A stretch of DNA of 64,000 nucleotides from a virus. The position numbers and the translations under genes are program-made. A model generated the notes under the pieces. The model did not search any database and was not told where the DNA came from. It saw only the letters and a program-made list of their open reading frames with translations. The stretch lies in IMG/VR virus record IMGVR_UViG_3300028873_000014, positions 1-64,000 of that record. One strand, 5' to 3'. This document shows positions 28,301-37,478 of this stretch, piece after piece; position 1 is the stretch's first letter; every line of letters starts with the position of its first letter.

Positions 28301-31300
28301 AATAGGTATCTGTTTACTGTCTATTACAAAATTATATCTATTAGGATTAGTAACAAAACCAAGTGTCTCCCCCCCATACCTGACATCCATAGTAAACTCT
28401 TCTGTAGGATTGTATTGTATAGCAGGGTTATCTCCTAGTTGGTTATGTGTTCCGGGGGTTTTTCTGGTAATAGTTACAGATAAGTTTTCAGCAAACCCTT
28501 CTTTGGGTATATTCCGGAGTTTATTATCAAAATTGTTCTGAGCAACTTTTATAACATAATCTCTAATAGATTGTTGCGCTGCAGTATCTGTAGTAAATTC
28601 TTTATCTTTAATAAGTTCCGGAGGGTTTTTTCTAAGATCGAGTACCTGAAACTTAGTATTGTCGGCATTAGCTTGTACCTTAAACTTTTTACCTAACTCT
28701 TTATCAGTAATAGGATATATTCTTACCTGGTCGTGTAACTTACTAATCTTAGTATTTGGTTCAGTAGTAGTAGTTTCAGTAGGAGTAATATCTTTTTTAT
28801 CTAAGGAATATCCATCAATACTCTTTACCTCTTTAGCAGAATTACCAGATACCAGTTTTAAATAACCATTCTTTAGATCAGTTACTGTCCATCCTTTACC
28901 TGTGTTATCATAGATAACCTGGCCTTTTCTAACTTCACCAAGTAACTTAGGGTGTTCAATATCTACTATATCACCAAGTGCTCTATTTGCACTAGCGGGG
29001 TTTTTATAAATATCAGTACCGACTTTACCATCTTTCTCTATTCGATAATCACCCTTTTTAACTTCTACTACATGGGGATTACTTTTAAGATTAGGAAAAG
29101 AGGCAAGTTTCTGTGTATGATCAAAGTGATCATTTATAGTATTCTTAATAACTGATATAGCCTTTTCTGGTTCATTAGCATATACGGCATGTATAGCATT
29201 TAACTTTTCATGCAGGTCTTTACCATTAGAATCTTCTGATAAGTATTTATTAGTACTATCTGAATAACCTGTACTACCATGATCCATAGCATCTGCAGAA
29301 AAATCCCCGGCATCTACAGTAGGCATCTCAAGAGTAGATAACATATCTCTACGTATCTCTTCTTCATTAAACTTTTCTATAGGCTTTGGTTCAGAAGTAA
29401 CAGGAGTTTCCCCGGTAGGAGTAACTACAGGTTTATCTTCTGTAACAGGAGTAGTTTCAGTAGGTTTGTTACTTAATAACTTATCAGCAGCAGCTTGTGC
29501 AGCTTTATTGGCTTTAACTGCTTCTTCTGTTTTAGCCTCCAGTACAGAGTTATGAAAAGCATCCAGGAACTTCTGTCTGCCAGCAGGGTCCATAATCCTG
29601 TTAAGTGTATCTAACAAGTTATCATGTTCTACCCCGAGACGGTAGTAATCAAGGTATGAGTCAGCTATTTTATCCAGTGCCTCTATATCTAATTCACTAT
29701 CATATCCTGTTTTACCTTCCTGTAAAAGATGGTTATTGAATAACTTGGTAAGTAGGTTACGAATAGGACCGTGATATTCCCCGTGTAGAGCATTCATAGC
29801 AATTGCCCTTTCTTCAGGATCGTCTATTCCAAGTGCAGCATTGTACTTACCATTATATCCATTTACAGCTTCCTTATACTTATTCAGTAAATCGATCTGT
29901 TCTTTAGTAGTCTTTAGTGATTTAGCTTCTTTAAGTGTTCCGGGGGCACTTTCTGAACTTTTAAGGGTAGCAAGTAGAGATAACTGTTCCTGCATACGAG
30001 GGACAGATGCAAAAGTAGATACATCATAGAAAGGAATATCTTTAACTTTTCCCCGTAAGCCAGTAGTAACATTATCTCCATTAATGATCTTGTTCTGCCT
30101 GGTAAGTTTATCTATAGTAGATGCTTTAAAGAAAGAGGCAAATCCTATAGCTTCCGTATGTTCTGCATTTAGTTGTTCTGCAGCAGCTCTTTCTTTACTA
30201 CCTTTTGGGAATTTGTTAGGGTCAGTGGGTAGAGGAAATGCTTTTTGCATATCTCGATATGTCTTAGTCATACCATGAGCCTGTTCCATGAAGTCAGTAA
30301 TTTTCTGCTGCATTTCTGCATGACTCTCTTCTGAGAACTGTGGTTTGTTTTCAACATTTGCATATATGGCATCATGTAACTCCTGGGGGGAAAGTGAAGT
30401 AACCTGATCCTGCAACTTAGCGAGATATGGATCAATCATCTTATTCCTTGCAGCAGATATCAGGAACTTAATACCTGCATCTGATCTGCTATCTTCTTCA
30501 CTCTTTCTATCTTTAAGTGCAACCGAAGCAGCAATTTTATCATTCCATACTCCTTGCAGGATAACATCAGACATATAGTTTCCAAGAGGGTTCTTCCACT
30601 GATCATTAACAGCTTTTACATATTCTTCTGCAGCAGTTTGTTTAGTACTCCTATTCGTGTTAAATTCTTCTATCTGTTCAGGGGTAGCGTCTTTAGGCAA
30701 TTTCTTCTCTGCAACTCTATCACCAACGGCTTTAATACCATGACCTCCGGCTTCCATAAGTGGAGAGATAATAGCACCTGTCATAAACCCCGAGATGAAA
30801 GTTTTTGCACCTTCTGGGGTAAACTGTTTATCTATAGCGTTACCAAGTGCTGTCTGCCAATCAGTATTTTCATGACCGTATTGGGCCTGGTAGTAACTTT
30901 TAATAGCATCATCTACAGTAGCCATAGAAGACATAGTTAACCCAAAACCTGTTCCATGTGCAGCAGCTTCATAGTAATTAGCAGGGTCTTTAAACCCTTT
31001 AACCGATCTAAGTGCCCTTGCTCTAAAACTATCCCATCCATCCTGTTTAACAGCAAGTCTTTCCCCTGTAGCAGCAAATTCTTTATCTGAAGTAACTCTT
31101 GCAAATTTTGAAAACTCATCAGGAGCTTGTGATAGTAAGGATTCTTCCAGGGCGGAAGAACCTTTAAGTAAATTACCAAAGGCGAGTTTGTTAGTGTATA
31201 GAGCCACAAAGGTGTTAAAAGCACCATCTTTTTTAGCAGCTTCCATAGCATTATCCTGTATGTTCTTCAAGTCAAGTCCTACAGGATCTTGCCCATTTGC

Positions 31301-32374
31301 TTTTTTGTAGTCATCTACCTGAGACTGTACTAGGTCATGATACATAGAAGAAGCATTACCCTGACCCATAGAAATAGCAAGGTTCAGATCACGGGCATCG
31401 TTATAAAATGCTCCTACCCCTCTACCAATAGTAGATATGATATCACCTGCCCTGGAACTTTTTGCAGCGTCTATTGCAAAATCAGCAGTATTGCTCAAGG
31501 GGAGTAACCCTTTACCTACAGTACCGAGCACATCTGCTGTATATCCAGTACCGTACTTTAATCCTTGTTTAGCAACATCCAGTGCATTTTTAAAAGTACT
31601 TGATTCTTTGTAGGAATCGTATGCACCTCTGATAGCAGCAGTCTTATCCAGGGTATTTACAATCTTAGCTGTTTCCCCGGTAAGTTCTCCTATAGATAAA
31701 GCATCTTTAGCAAGTGCAGTAGTTTCTAACCCGGAAGCAGCTCCAAAAGTAGCCCCAATAGCAGCAGTAATAGCAATCTGTTCTGCAGTAATTTCTGCAG
31801 CAGCACCTACTATACCACCAGCATCCTGAATACCTTTAGCAATACCATCCCAGGAAACAGCACTTTTGCTCGTGGGGTCGGTGTATATATGATAACCATT
31901 CTCTTCATCCTGTTGGTTCTTTTGTATCTCTTCTAACTCATTCTGTTTAAAAACTGGTCCCATTCCTGGTAGAACAGAAGCAGTATTTTTCCAACCTTTA
32001 AGAAGATCAACAAACCCATACGCAGCCTTTTCACCAAATCCTTTAACTACATCTCCTGCAACATCCCAACCTGTTTGAAGGTTATGATATTTTTCTTCAT
32101 TACCTTGTCCGAGATCAGGATCGAACCCTAAAGACTTATAGTTTTTACTATCTACAAATTCTCCGGCATTCGTTTTATCCCAATCAAATGTCTCAGGTGC
32201 AAGTTTTGCATTTAATGAAGATGGTTGGTCAGCAAAATCACTAAGAGTTAACTGCTTCTGTTGAGGACCTTCAAAAGAAGTAGCTATTGAAGGTGCAGGT
32301 GCAAGATTAAGTTTCCCCAGAGAAGTATCTGAAGTATCAGGAACTACTGGAACAAATGAGTCTAAAGTTGCCAT
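19325..32374 (-). CDS. virion-packaged RNA polymerase (crAss-like vRNAP) with N-terminal hydrophobic region and zincin domain
   Basis: Catalytic GADFDIDK near 22415-22438, preceded by TRIP; HEAIH near 26897-26911; 4349 aa. Confidence 0.88.
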   Translation of the reverse strand: MATLDSFVPVVPDTSDTSLGKLNLAPAPSIATSFEGPQQKQLTLSDFADQPSSLNAKLAPETFDWDKTNAGEFVDSKNYKSLGFDPDLGQGNEEKYHNLQTGWDVAGDVVKGFGEKAAYGFVDLLKGWKNTASVLPGMGPVFKQNELEEIQKNQQDEENGYHIYTDPTSKSAVSWDGIAKGIQDAGGIVGAAAEITAEQIAITAAIGATFGAASGLETTALAKDALSIGELTGETAKIVNTLDKTAAIRGAYDSYKESSTFKNALDVAKQGLKYGTGYTADVLGTVGKGLLPLSNTADFAIDAAKSSRAGDIISTIGRGVGAFYNDARDLNLAISMGQGNASSMYHDLVQSQVDDYKKANGQDPVGLDLKNIQDNAMEAAKKDGAFNTFVALYTNKLAFGNLLKGSSALEESLLSQAPDEFSKFARVTSDKEFAATGERLAVKQDGWDSFRARALRSVKGFKDPANYYEAAAHGTGFGLTMSSMATVDDAIKSYYQAQYGHENTDWQTALGNAIDKQFTPEGAKTFISGFMTGAIISPLMEAGGHGIKAVGDRVAEKKLPKDATPEQIEEFNTNRSTKQTAAEEYVKAVNDQWKNPLGNYMSDVILQGVWNDKIAASVALKDRKSEEDSRSDAGIKFLISAARNKMIDPYLAKLQDQVTSLSPQELHDAIYANVENKPQFSEESHAEMQQKITDFMEQAHGMTKTYRDMQKAFPLPTDPNKFPKGSKERAAAEQLNAEHTEAIGFASFFKASTIDKLTRQNKIINGDNVTTGLRGKVKDIPFYDVSTFASVPRMQEQLSLLATLKSSESAPGTLKEAKSLKTTKEQIDLLNKYKEAVNGYNGKYNAALGIDDPEERAIAMNALHGEYHGPIRNLLTKLFNNHLLQEGKTGYDSELDIEALDKIADSYLDYYRLGVEHDNLLDTLNRIMDPAGRQKFLDAFHNSVLEAKTEEAVKANKAAQAAADKLLSNKPTETTPVTEDKPVVTPTGETPVTSEPKPIEKFNEEEIRRDMLSTLEMPTVDAGDFSADAMDHGSTGYSDSTNKYLSEDSNGKDLHEKLNAIHAVYANEPEKAISVIKNTINDHFDHTQKLASFPNLKSNPHVVEVKKGDYRIEKDGKVGTDIYKNPASANRALGDIVDIEHPKLLGEVRKGQVIYDNTGKGWTVTDLKNGYLKLVSGNSAKEVKSIDGYSLDKKDITPTETTTTEPNTKISKLHDQVRIYPITDKELGKKFKVQANADNTKFQVLDLRKNPPELIKDKEFTTDTAAQQSIRDYVIKVAQNNFDNKLRNIPKEGFAENLSVTITRKTPGTHNQLGDNPAIQYNPTEEFTMDVRYGGETLGFVTNPNRYNFVIDSKQIPIPDLTPQQFEKVYHVKANETAETALRTFQDEYKKSQTLQQALNNLVPKKGDTISLSGAELEKVMTISTLFNGYDYLNDDKKALRPTVQAIEATGKKILAVVDNETGKDVYGNSAGIVTTGNTASQSRYTASVKMVNGDVHKIGLEAGSVTKETIDTLTNTIFGDKGIASQIKSTTEGKDPKLAKQASDLLSSLFVKQPASTNLQIKIKLSDKGDLSVNVYDTNTTDRANISINSGKGNENTPMQFGNGEEMVARIEKEVNYKLSKLGATKFPGVWKDGKFQRVSIKPENLSRSIGTAPTKDEIMGMQSTVSTNITKGYYLSYQPVDSTIPIEVVPAVNITEGAAMGKSDIPGFTFTSMSPEEIAAASGGDPMAILDLLDKQAGAMKVVSKGQPFDEHAIENIDNFIQYCRDIFPEGLVTVQNLGILKENLVATNTVVGEFVTHLNTLGKVTGTIKTYENAPSKYHEAIHAIFRLLSTQEERDHLLSLAKKERLATSSRLETFKALHPSYQNLSHDALTKLFYEEYLGDRFDQWKTDKNVKTDPVIKGFFARIWDWIKNVFSQLTGSKLESIFTDIDRGAYKKRGLQDNDFTRDSEFSITDPAMKVIELGKQQITDGNGKTFDIPRNMNQMEGDQLSSTVAALYHQEVNGKGPHDKNKVLDNILDKYRDLLNPRRDKYIERANGISNPAARVEWLTKLRDKHQIFSNPAIRQSIKESVDTHLQIMGYKQKLEEDYQEELEAEHGKEFKGFDKAADSVGGYDSLSKSLREYIGSTTIPYTDEFGNKQFLDGTPLVQGVSAVRVYNGLLKGIANSITEEDVITKMEQIRDSNNPDSAAFIDRVFIETGFERNATTKVWSITKNGLLFNQVVKGFKQFTTNPLFTEIDPTKGTVRVFGANRRDSAKTQFEQSAQSHAAIYLSALEKFADNRKAKKEFIIKQLSPIHDLQNQISNKDKTSVAISDDDLEKLSIDTSNRMKANLGISYHPDYITYSISLGKDAGVRTKKQQKSVNANRGVPPLSYDELYGIESSMLKGENIFASNEGEEEKSQGAAARLMRTFAGNSNFDETVNTMSYIGADGEKRFGYQEGNYHMTALLSLNNPEKIIELSNNPDTQSSHLLSSDQFIAMSDQGKLRVETIDGLRQVLHSTGDVETPEGEKELFATKNLEVNREKGSSFGDYNGRELYTTALSNYGIEEGARIQTTDGGHFYATPHIIGVMETNSTAHMFRAPVVHAVFSDKTTGKPKLSKDAIDILYNQVTNEVDRIARVTKEIAEIEKAQEEGREPDTKILLGYHTGEKRGLKLYRTAKMLGDLADDIEKGAQGEEPAPLKRYEIERQLRTYWGKQRDEFIQQLADEGLIEKKGDKIENKLLPGFLFTGFSSKERNEKMNLEKDNFLHNISQVFMNDYLNTAGMVQLLYGDEAKSFKGAVDWTKRLKGANATGRSVEFSVIAPELGITHPLTTFHHVMIPEPKFTKFDGTQGDKADAQMYMTEKALRYMLFGFCKLTKAQADILDLIKKGSPVAEKAFIDAGGLNRKVDAFNSLKNVYFDGQTYLKCSSFPLFKDYTSIKINGKWEPLPYMEELHHLRESLEKFEEDMDTAGTPTITFAHPPTASKAMKEPMAPGVKDIDSKYFNQKQAQYMRLQSENPSNKLVITDPTQLRGQLLAEQNDDTPISFMGVAHDTDGKPFTVGRMREMYLSGVADRLMNNYVSAANELFDHSGGIKLNSDISAEHVKATLGNFFDGMRDTLRATGSDVQTLGFTETRDGENIYDPNLPATREKFTQMYLSYFSKGVMSEKVPGIPLTLTSDYGVKRIKQVHELNDLGQPKRWTVITDREYKDNPQKYSNYHKWDNKEARTFAGLPDPTKEVVYFLDDLRHNFERFDEQGNSLGFFSEQIRPAHFKEEANGTVIPALKDSFITRIPLDDKHSNLTTTTVDILPAYYGSIGIHPAELTEISGADFDIDKGYNTIADTYRKDGTRVAYGTATTDKDKFDEYIKWQIDNNKNFKRKLRELRGLYNPDTDEITMDLNDGPVSDEDIADMFKLSNNDLLYKTCLQELKMPSTIEQFVASGGDRLNNGVLNNITLAARIALLNNKDISGGGKDAIINQPTDTKIVEDITSTIKDLLNPHTGEKGADIVLDMLKDPDTEINTLTGKKKAFVDNMEGQRNIGAAVNSMLVYSLLNQYEKKTSEGITFDGKMYNDFSNHFTENGKRKFSILSAIVNTMTDNAKLRLAAKLGWNIEAVGYVSTMVSLGMNEDIAALYMFQPAIRKYFKELSNLSGVLKTPAEQRMSKTGLLEKAYEKLLKEAVTQNPGKESAELPTLTKDMLVQNIIDNGKDATLELAAVRDLLSVKKNADTMANISKVIKLNQGLPPSWEDAESDIIDPLRSLGIVNGEQISDKAFAKMDIPIDIRQILADDTTSPKEDHSPVYGNYVKMVTQINELSKAIFLEKTDGFKKIMSIVGNNFDVRRNQQEEFNKTLKGDVISALAVKAYINWLQKTGQIGTLSTLDHSMIYDTPGKEGIVDIVNRLRDTLTGKNRNYLISKFLRLVAAGEKTNRDKINKAESNTWAKLSEQQQQRLVDSFTILYNSPKTRNDATALFNYLLVKDGGQFKSGSFIKFLPTFAFKDFSDRVTEVNKLLSATHYDEKKGEDVFGDSLEKVMNDIMVSYATHTGNTFFLKTIIPKVSGYVPEATNDRGEKVDIDRVKKAITSPVQLSGGTMSVDIFNAIRTKEKAINTQGIAIEGFKKTGKYDATEKALMTKNIGSIEASGFNTTTAGKKTEIEFPYSVKVNGSTYQLRSVGKEEGKGEPLSLIAKGETIPKGVTAVYEKITPKGSRGQWKAAGILGPLPDAVALPGTKKITNPPYADNAPGQKEIAETITTKVPEHEQATTDNSIFTATDKHGNVTRYDDKGSVVSSALSGLGQLAQENYMDEYSEDIAPIDWKSEIDKVYEQKGKGVDKEQFLEKARGVYRRLQGKVSDYEILQGIKDCI

Positions 32375-32378
32375 TTTT

Positions 32379-35300
32379 TTATTTTAGAACAGGAGCATTA
32401 TCTGGTATATTAATTTCTTTTGTCTTTGCATCACTTACTATACCATTAAGATGTTGTGACAAAAGTGCATTAGTAATAGCGACTAACTCATCAGGAGTTT
32501 TAGCCCTATCTCCTTTAAGCATATTAAAAGTACTCTGATCTATAGGAACCCAGGTAGTTTGTCCAGGGTGTTTGATATCAGGGATAGCCTTTTGTATCTC
32601 TATATCACACTTAGTATTTTTACCGTCTATAGGGGCGTATGGATGAATAACACTTTTAAAGCCAGATGCTTGTATAATGGGGTCACTTACAGTAGGTTTG
32701 GTGTTATATAGTAAATCACTATGTACATATTGACCAGAACTTTGAGGAATACTGTTTAGATATGGGGCATTTGCATTAGGAGAAAGAGGTAATACGTAAG
32801 TTTTCCCCGCAAGATCAGAAATCTTAACTCCATCCACACCAACAATTTTATCAGGAGCATTTGCTTTGAAAGTGTATGCATATGCAGGTATTCCTTCCGG
32901 GGTAATAGTTCTTTGCGGTCCTGATGTATAAGTAGCCATATCATCTTTACTAAAGATAATACCACGTACTGCATCTATAGCCTTTTTCTGATTTGGTGTA
33001 TTATTAGGTGTGAAACCTTCCTGATATGCGGTAGAGGCATCTATATTAGCAGGATTGGCAAGTTCTTTAGATACACCAACTGCCATATCCATTTGACTCT
33101 TAATCGCAGGGTCAAAACTAAGATTCTGTGCAATTAACCCAGTTTCGTATCCTTTGAGATGAGGAACTACTGCAGCAGATGCTTTCTTTTGTAAGTCACT
33201 GAACTCTCCAGGTTCTCCATACTTATTTTGTATAGAGTTTTTATTAACCTTCATGATCTTTTCAAGTTCTACACCAGCAGGTGCTCCCCACATACCGGGA
33301 TGCTCACCATTTATTCCCACCACACCAAAAACTTTGCCATCTACTTCCAGTGCATTTTGTCCTATAGGTTTAACTTTACCTTCTCTATATAACTGAGCAA
33401 ACTCTAACGGAGAAAGATCCTTAACCTTATTCCCATTATTATCTCCAAGTTGTACAGAAGGAAAATCCTTTGCCATATCTACAGGAGTTATATATCGCTT
33501 TGTACCATCAGGATTAGTAGTTATCATCTTACCGTAAGTTTCCGGATGGGAAAATATCTCACTATTTACTGCCTGATCATATGTTCTCTGGTTAGCAAGA
33601 ACAACATCTCTATCCTGAGAAATGTTTAGATAATTATCTATAAGTTGTTTACCTTGAATAATCTTATCTGTATTACCACTATGTAATAATTTTCCAGCAG
33701 CTAGTGCACTATATTGAATAAGTGCCTGTTGCATCTCTTGTGGGCCATGAATATCGTTAGTAGGTATACCATTATTACTAAGCACCTGTTTGACCTTGTT
33801 CCAGGCATTTGCCTGATCAGTAGTAGGGTGCTGACCATTCATACCTGCTTTTGCACCTTCTGTAAAGTTGATAATATCTGATCTACTTAATCCGTCAACC
33901 CCAAGAGCACCCGCAAGACCTTCGGGGTTATACACACCATTACTTACTCTATCTATGTTCTGTTTCTGAATAGTAGTAACTATATCTAATCCTTGTGGTA
34001 AGTGGGCTATATCCGCAGTTGCTTCTCCTGTAAACGAACCTGTACCAGGATTAGGAATTCCTGTACCTGTACCATCTGCATTGCCAGTTCCTTTATCACC
34101 ATACCATCCGGAAGAGCGAGAGGGATCAAACCCCGGTAGTGGTTCCCCTTTAGTAGTACGTCCAGTACTCTTTCTGTATTCTTCTTCAGTCTTCCAGTTT
34201 TCAGCAGATACCTTAGCAGCCTCTATTTGTCTTTCTAACTGTTTATCATGTTCTGTTTGATATGCCTGCCATCTGGGGTCAAGGTCTACCTTAGTGTGAG
34301 TATCCATAACAGACATACCAGATGCCCAATTATCTGCCATGATATTCTTCTGTATATTAGCAAGATAATCTTCCGGATGTTCTGTAATGTCCTGTAATGT
34401 CTTTTGGTAATTATCAGAAGTAGGATCTCCAGCACCATACTTCTTAAACTCATTGCTGTACCCAAGTACCTGTTCCTGATAAGTTTTTACCTTATCCTGA
34501 TAAGTATTTAAGCTACTTACCTGTTCGGGGGTAGCTCTTTTACCTGGCTGTTTTTGTATTTGTGTATATAGATCATTATATTTTTGTGACCACTGATCAG
34601 TAAGTTTTGAAAAAGAATCAATATTACCTTGGTATAGACTATTTAACTTACCTAATTGTTCTCCTGCAAAATGTTGGTTAAGAGTCTGTTCATCTATCCC
34701 GGGGTTAGCTTTAAGTATCTCATCCTTCTGGTTCTGTACCTTCACTGCTTCTGTGATATATAACTGTGGATCGTACTTACTACCTAATTTTGATAAGTAC
34801 CAGGCTTTAAAAGCATCCTTGCTCTTGATACCATTATGTTCAGTAACTATACCATTCCCCGAAACAGAAGTAGTGTCTACTCCCTTGTCTCCTTCTTCTT
34901 TATATGCGGCATCTATGTCACTATCTATATCATAAAAAGGTACAACACTTCTCCTCTGTAATTTACCGATATTACTTCTATCTGTAGTGGCTAACTTATT
35001 TAACCCCTGTTGGATATACTGTGCGTTATATGGACTAGACTGTGCCCGTGTTGCTTTATCAGTACTACTGTTCCATGCATCGTTTTTAGATAATTCCCCC
35101 TGAGCATACTTAGTATATGACATATCCTGTAACATGGGAGTGTCCTGCCAAAAAGGTGCATAGAGATTCTCTGCCTGTGCAACATTCTGGGGAAGAGAAA
35201 GATCAGTAGGTGCTACTTTCTTAAGACCATCCTGTATCTGTGAGATGTACTGTTTACGTTGTTCAATATTATCATTATTCGTCAGGGGGGCATTTACTAT

Positions 35301-35444
35301 AGAACTATAATCACTACTTACCTTATTTAACCCTGCTTCATACTGTTGGTTACTCCGCATCAGTTGTGACTGGAGAAAACCAAAATCTTCTGTAAAAGGT
35401 TGGGTCTGCAGTCCGGTATCTCCTTGCGAATAGGGATTTGCCAT
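32379..35444 (-). CDS. virion cargo/ejection protein
   Basis: 1021-aa helical protein directly upstream of the vRNAP gene; crAss-like gene order. Confidence 0.65.
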   Translation of the reverse strand: MANPYSQGDTGLQTQPFTEDFGFLQSQLMRSNQQYEAGLNKVSSDYSSIVNAPLTNNDNIEQRKQYISQIQDGLKKVAPTDLSLPQNVAQAENLYAPFWQDTPMLQDMSYTKYAQGELSKNDAWNSSTDKATRAQSSPYNAQYIQQGLNKLATTDRSNIGKLQRRSVVPFYDIDSDIDAAYKEEGDKGVDTTSVSGNGIVTEHNGIKSKDAFKAWYLSKLGSKYDPQLYITEAVKVQNQKDEILKANPGIDEQTLNQHFAGEQLGKLNSLYQGNIDSFSKLTDQWSQKYNDLYTQIQKQPGKRATPEQVSSLNTYQDKVKTYQEQVLGYSNEFKKYGAGDPTSDNYQKTLQDITEHPEDYLANIQKNIMADNWASGMSVMDTHTKVDLDPRWQAYQTEHDKQLERQIEAAKVSAENWKTEEEYRKSTGRTTKGEPLPGFDPSRSSGWYGDKGTGNADGTGTGIPNPGTGSFTGEATADIAHLPQGLDIVTTIQKQNIDRVSNGVYNPEGLAGALGVDGLSRSDIINFTEGAKAGMNGQHPTTDQANAWNKVKQVLSNNGIPTNDIHGPQEMQQALIQYSALAAGKLLHSGNTDKIIQGKQLIDNYLNISQDRDVVLANQRTYDQAVNSEIFSHPETYGKMITTNPDGTKRYITPVDMAKDFPSVQLGDNNGNKVKDLSPLEFAQLYREGKVKPIGQNALEVDGKVFGVVGINGEHPGMWGAPAGVELEKIMKVNKNSIQNKYGEPGEFSDLQKKASAAVVPHLKGYETGLIAQNLSFDPAIKSQMDMAVGVSKELANPANIDASTAYQEGFTPNNTPNQKKAIDAVRGIIFSKDDMATYTSGPQRTITPEGIPAYAYTFKANAPDKIVGVDGVKISDLAGKTYVLPLSPNANAPYLNSIPQSSGQYVHSDLLYNTKPTVSDPIIQASGFKSVIHPYAPIDGKNTKCDIEIQKAIPDIKHPGQTTWVPIDQSTFNMLKGDRAKTPDELVAITNALLSQHLNGIVSDAKTKEINIPDNAPVLK

Positions 35445-35462
35445 TGATTAAATGTTGTAAGT

Positions 35463-35471
35463 GTAAAGATA
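35463..35471 (-). promoter_or_regulatory. putative -7-like element TATCTTTAC for the cargo/vRNAP operon
   Basis: Lies in the 91-nt intergenic gap, 18 nt before ATG 35444. Confidence 0.45.
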
Positions 35472-35535
35472 GATAGTAAACAAATAAGATAATAAAAAAC
35501 CTTGCAGGTGCATACATTTTGTATATGTACTCTTT

Positions 35536-37467
35536 TTATTTTACTTTTCCTCCGTTTACAAACTTCTTAAGTTGGTGATTGGTCATACCTCCAAACTTTC
35601 TATTAACCTGTCCCCCGAACTTTTGTCCTTGTGGTCCTGCATAGATACCTGTAAGGGTCTGGCTTTTTGGCATACCAAAACCTGTCTCATTAAGTCTTTC
35701 TCTTTCCCGTACACCTGCCTGTTCTTGTGCAAGCATCAGTGCTTGTTTCTTACCCTCATCTGTTTGGTAAGCAGGTTGTTTGATCAATTCCTGGTAAATA
35801 GCATTAACTCTTTCCCCTTGACCCGAAGAATAGTTTCCTGTTTTACCTAGAACCTGGTTGTTAAATGCTGCCTCTGCTTCAGGAGATTTAAATCCTCGTG
35901 CTCCCGTAACTGGATCTACAGTAAAATAGGGAGAGGTTTTATTTAAAAAGTCATAGGTCTGCCTGTCCTTCCAGTTCTGTTCTGCCTGTCTGGTAATATC
36001 ATTACGTCCTTCCCTGGTAGCATTATCATATTCCTGGTTAGCTATAACATTCCCCTGATAAAGTTTATTTAACCTCTGTGCCTGTTCTGCCTGTAACCTA
36101 TTGGAGATATCTGTAGTTGTTGCAGATGCTCTATTTGCTATATCAACATTTTCGTTATTGTACTTACCTACTATATCTGCAGCAGTTCTACCAGTTTCCC
36201 CCTGAATAGCTGCTGATGATGCTCTTGATGCTCTACTATTACCCGATAGTGCAGCATTGAAACTTTGTGAGTTAGCTGCCTCACTATTAGCAGCAAGTGC
36301 CCTGGTAGGGTCAAGAAATACCGTATCGGGAGTAGTAGCACCTATAGGAGCTTCCCATGCAGGATATTTATGAATAGTAGCAAGGTTATAGATACTATTA
36401 GCAAGTGCCCATTTATCTGGTGTAGGGGAAGTAAACGGAACATCAGTTTTTCCTGCAACAGGCAAAGAACCAAGGTTATTCCCCGGTACAGGAACACCCT
36501 GTATGTTTAAAGGATCAGGTACTGGATCAGTAGAGTAGTTAGGTAATTTATCCAGATACTCATTAGGTGGTTTCTGCCAAGTACCTGCCCTTATACCATT
36601 CTCATTCATGCCAGATACCATATCTGTTCTTGCTCCCCAGTTACCATCATCAAACTTTCCAGCATTAGGTTCTCCGGCAAGTGTAGTTGCCATTGCTACA
36701 CTATTGGGTTTATTAGCCATTAACCACTGTTGGTAAGAATTAGTAGAAGGATCGGCATTTTGATCAAACCGGAAAGAACCACCATCCTGTGCTATAGGTT
36801 GACTCTGTTGTGGCATACCCTGTTGAGGCATTTGTGGTACTTGACCATCTCCTTTGCCCATTTTCTCCTTCATTCCTTCCTGTACAGCCGCGAGTTGAGA
36901 AAGTTTTTGGGTATAATTATCAACCATCATCTGAGCAGTCTTCTTTTCCGTATTATCGCTATCGGGGTTAGATAAGACTTTGGTAAACTTTTGCAAATCA
37001 TACTTAGTAGCTATTTGTGCAGGAGTAGCAGCTTTTGGTTGATTAAAGAACTTTAGTATCTCAGGGTCTTTAATCTTTAGTGATTTGGTATCGCTGAAGA
37101 TGAAGGAATTTGGAGGTACTGAAATATCTTTACCTCCTTCTGTATGAGGTGGACCATCAACATTCATAAGGGAAGGTAATCCATCTGCAGTAAAGTTACC
37201 TAGTACTTTTTCTTGTTTTTCAGCGTTCACGTTTGACATACCTGGTTCAGCTTCTGGTAATGTCTTACCTACTCTTCCATATGGATCAGGATCAGGATTC
37301 ACACCTGCCATTCCCTGATAGGTATCTGGGTTCCAGCGATTATCCAACGCTTGTGTCCCTGGAATAGCCATCCCGTATTTTGCCATAGGGGGGTTACTAC
37401 CATTATCAGGTGGAGTAATTCTTACTCTTTTATTCTGGGTAGGTGCTGTTATTCGTACTTTTGGCAT
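35536..37467 (-). CDS. virion cargo protein with possible peptidoglycan-binding motif
   Basis: NAEKQE..GPPHTEGG..FIFSD domain typical of crAss-like virion proteins; DDGNWGART; xxGG motifs. Confidence 0.65.
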   Translation of the reverse strand: MPKVRITAPTQNKRVRITPPDNGSNPPMAKYGMAIPGTQALDNRWNPDTYQGMAGVNPDPDPYGRVGKTLPEAEPGMSNVNAEKQEKVLGNFTADGLPSLMNVDGPPHTEGGKDISVPPNSFIFSDTKSLKIKDPEILKFFNQPKAATPAQIATKYDLQKFTKVLSNPDSDNTEKKTAQMMVDNYTQKLSQLAAVQEGMKEKMGKGDGQVPQMPQQGMPQQSQPIAQDGGSFRFDQNADPSTNSYQQWLMANKPNSVAMATTLAGEPNAGKFDDGNWGARTDMVSGMNENGIRAGTWQKPPNEYLDKLPNYSTDPVPDPLNIQGVPVPGNNLGSLPVAGKTDVPFTSPTPDKWALANSIYNLATIHKYPAWEAPIGATTPDTVFLDPTRALAANSEAANSQSFNAALSGNSRASRASSAAIQGETGRTAADIVGKYNNENVDIANRASATTTDISNRLQAEQAQRLNKLYQGNVIANQEYDNATREGRNDITRQAEQNWKDRQTYDFLNKTSPYFTVDPVTGARGFKSPEAEAAFNNQVLGKTGNYSSGQGERVNAIYQELIKQPAYQTDEGKKQALMLAQEQAGVRERERLNETGFGMPKSQTLTGIYAGPQGQKFGGQVNRKFGGMTNHQLKKFVNGGKVK

Positions 37468-37478
37468 AAGTTTTTATT

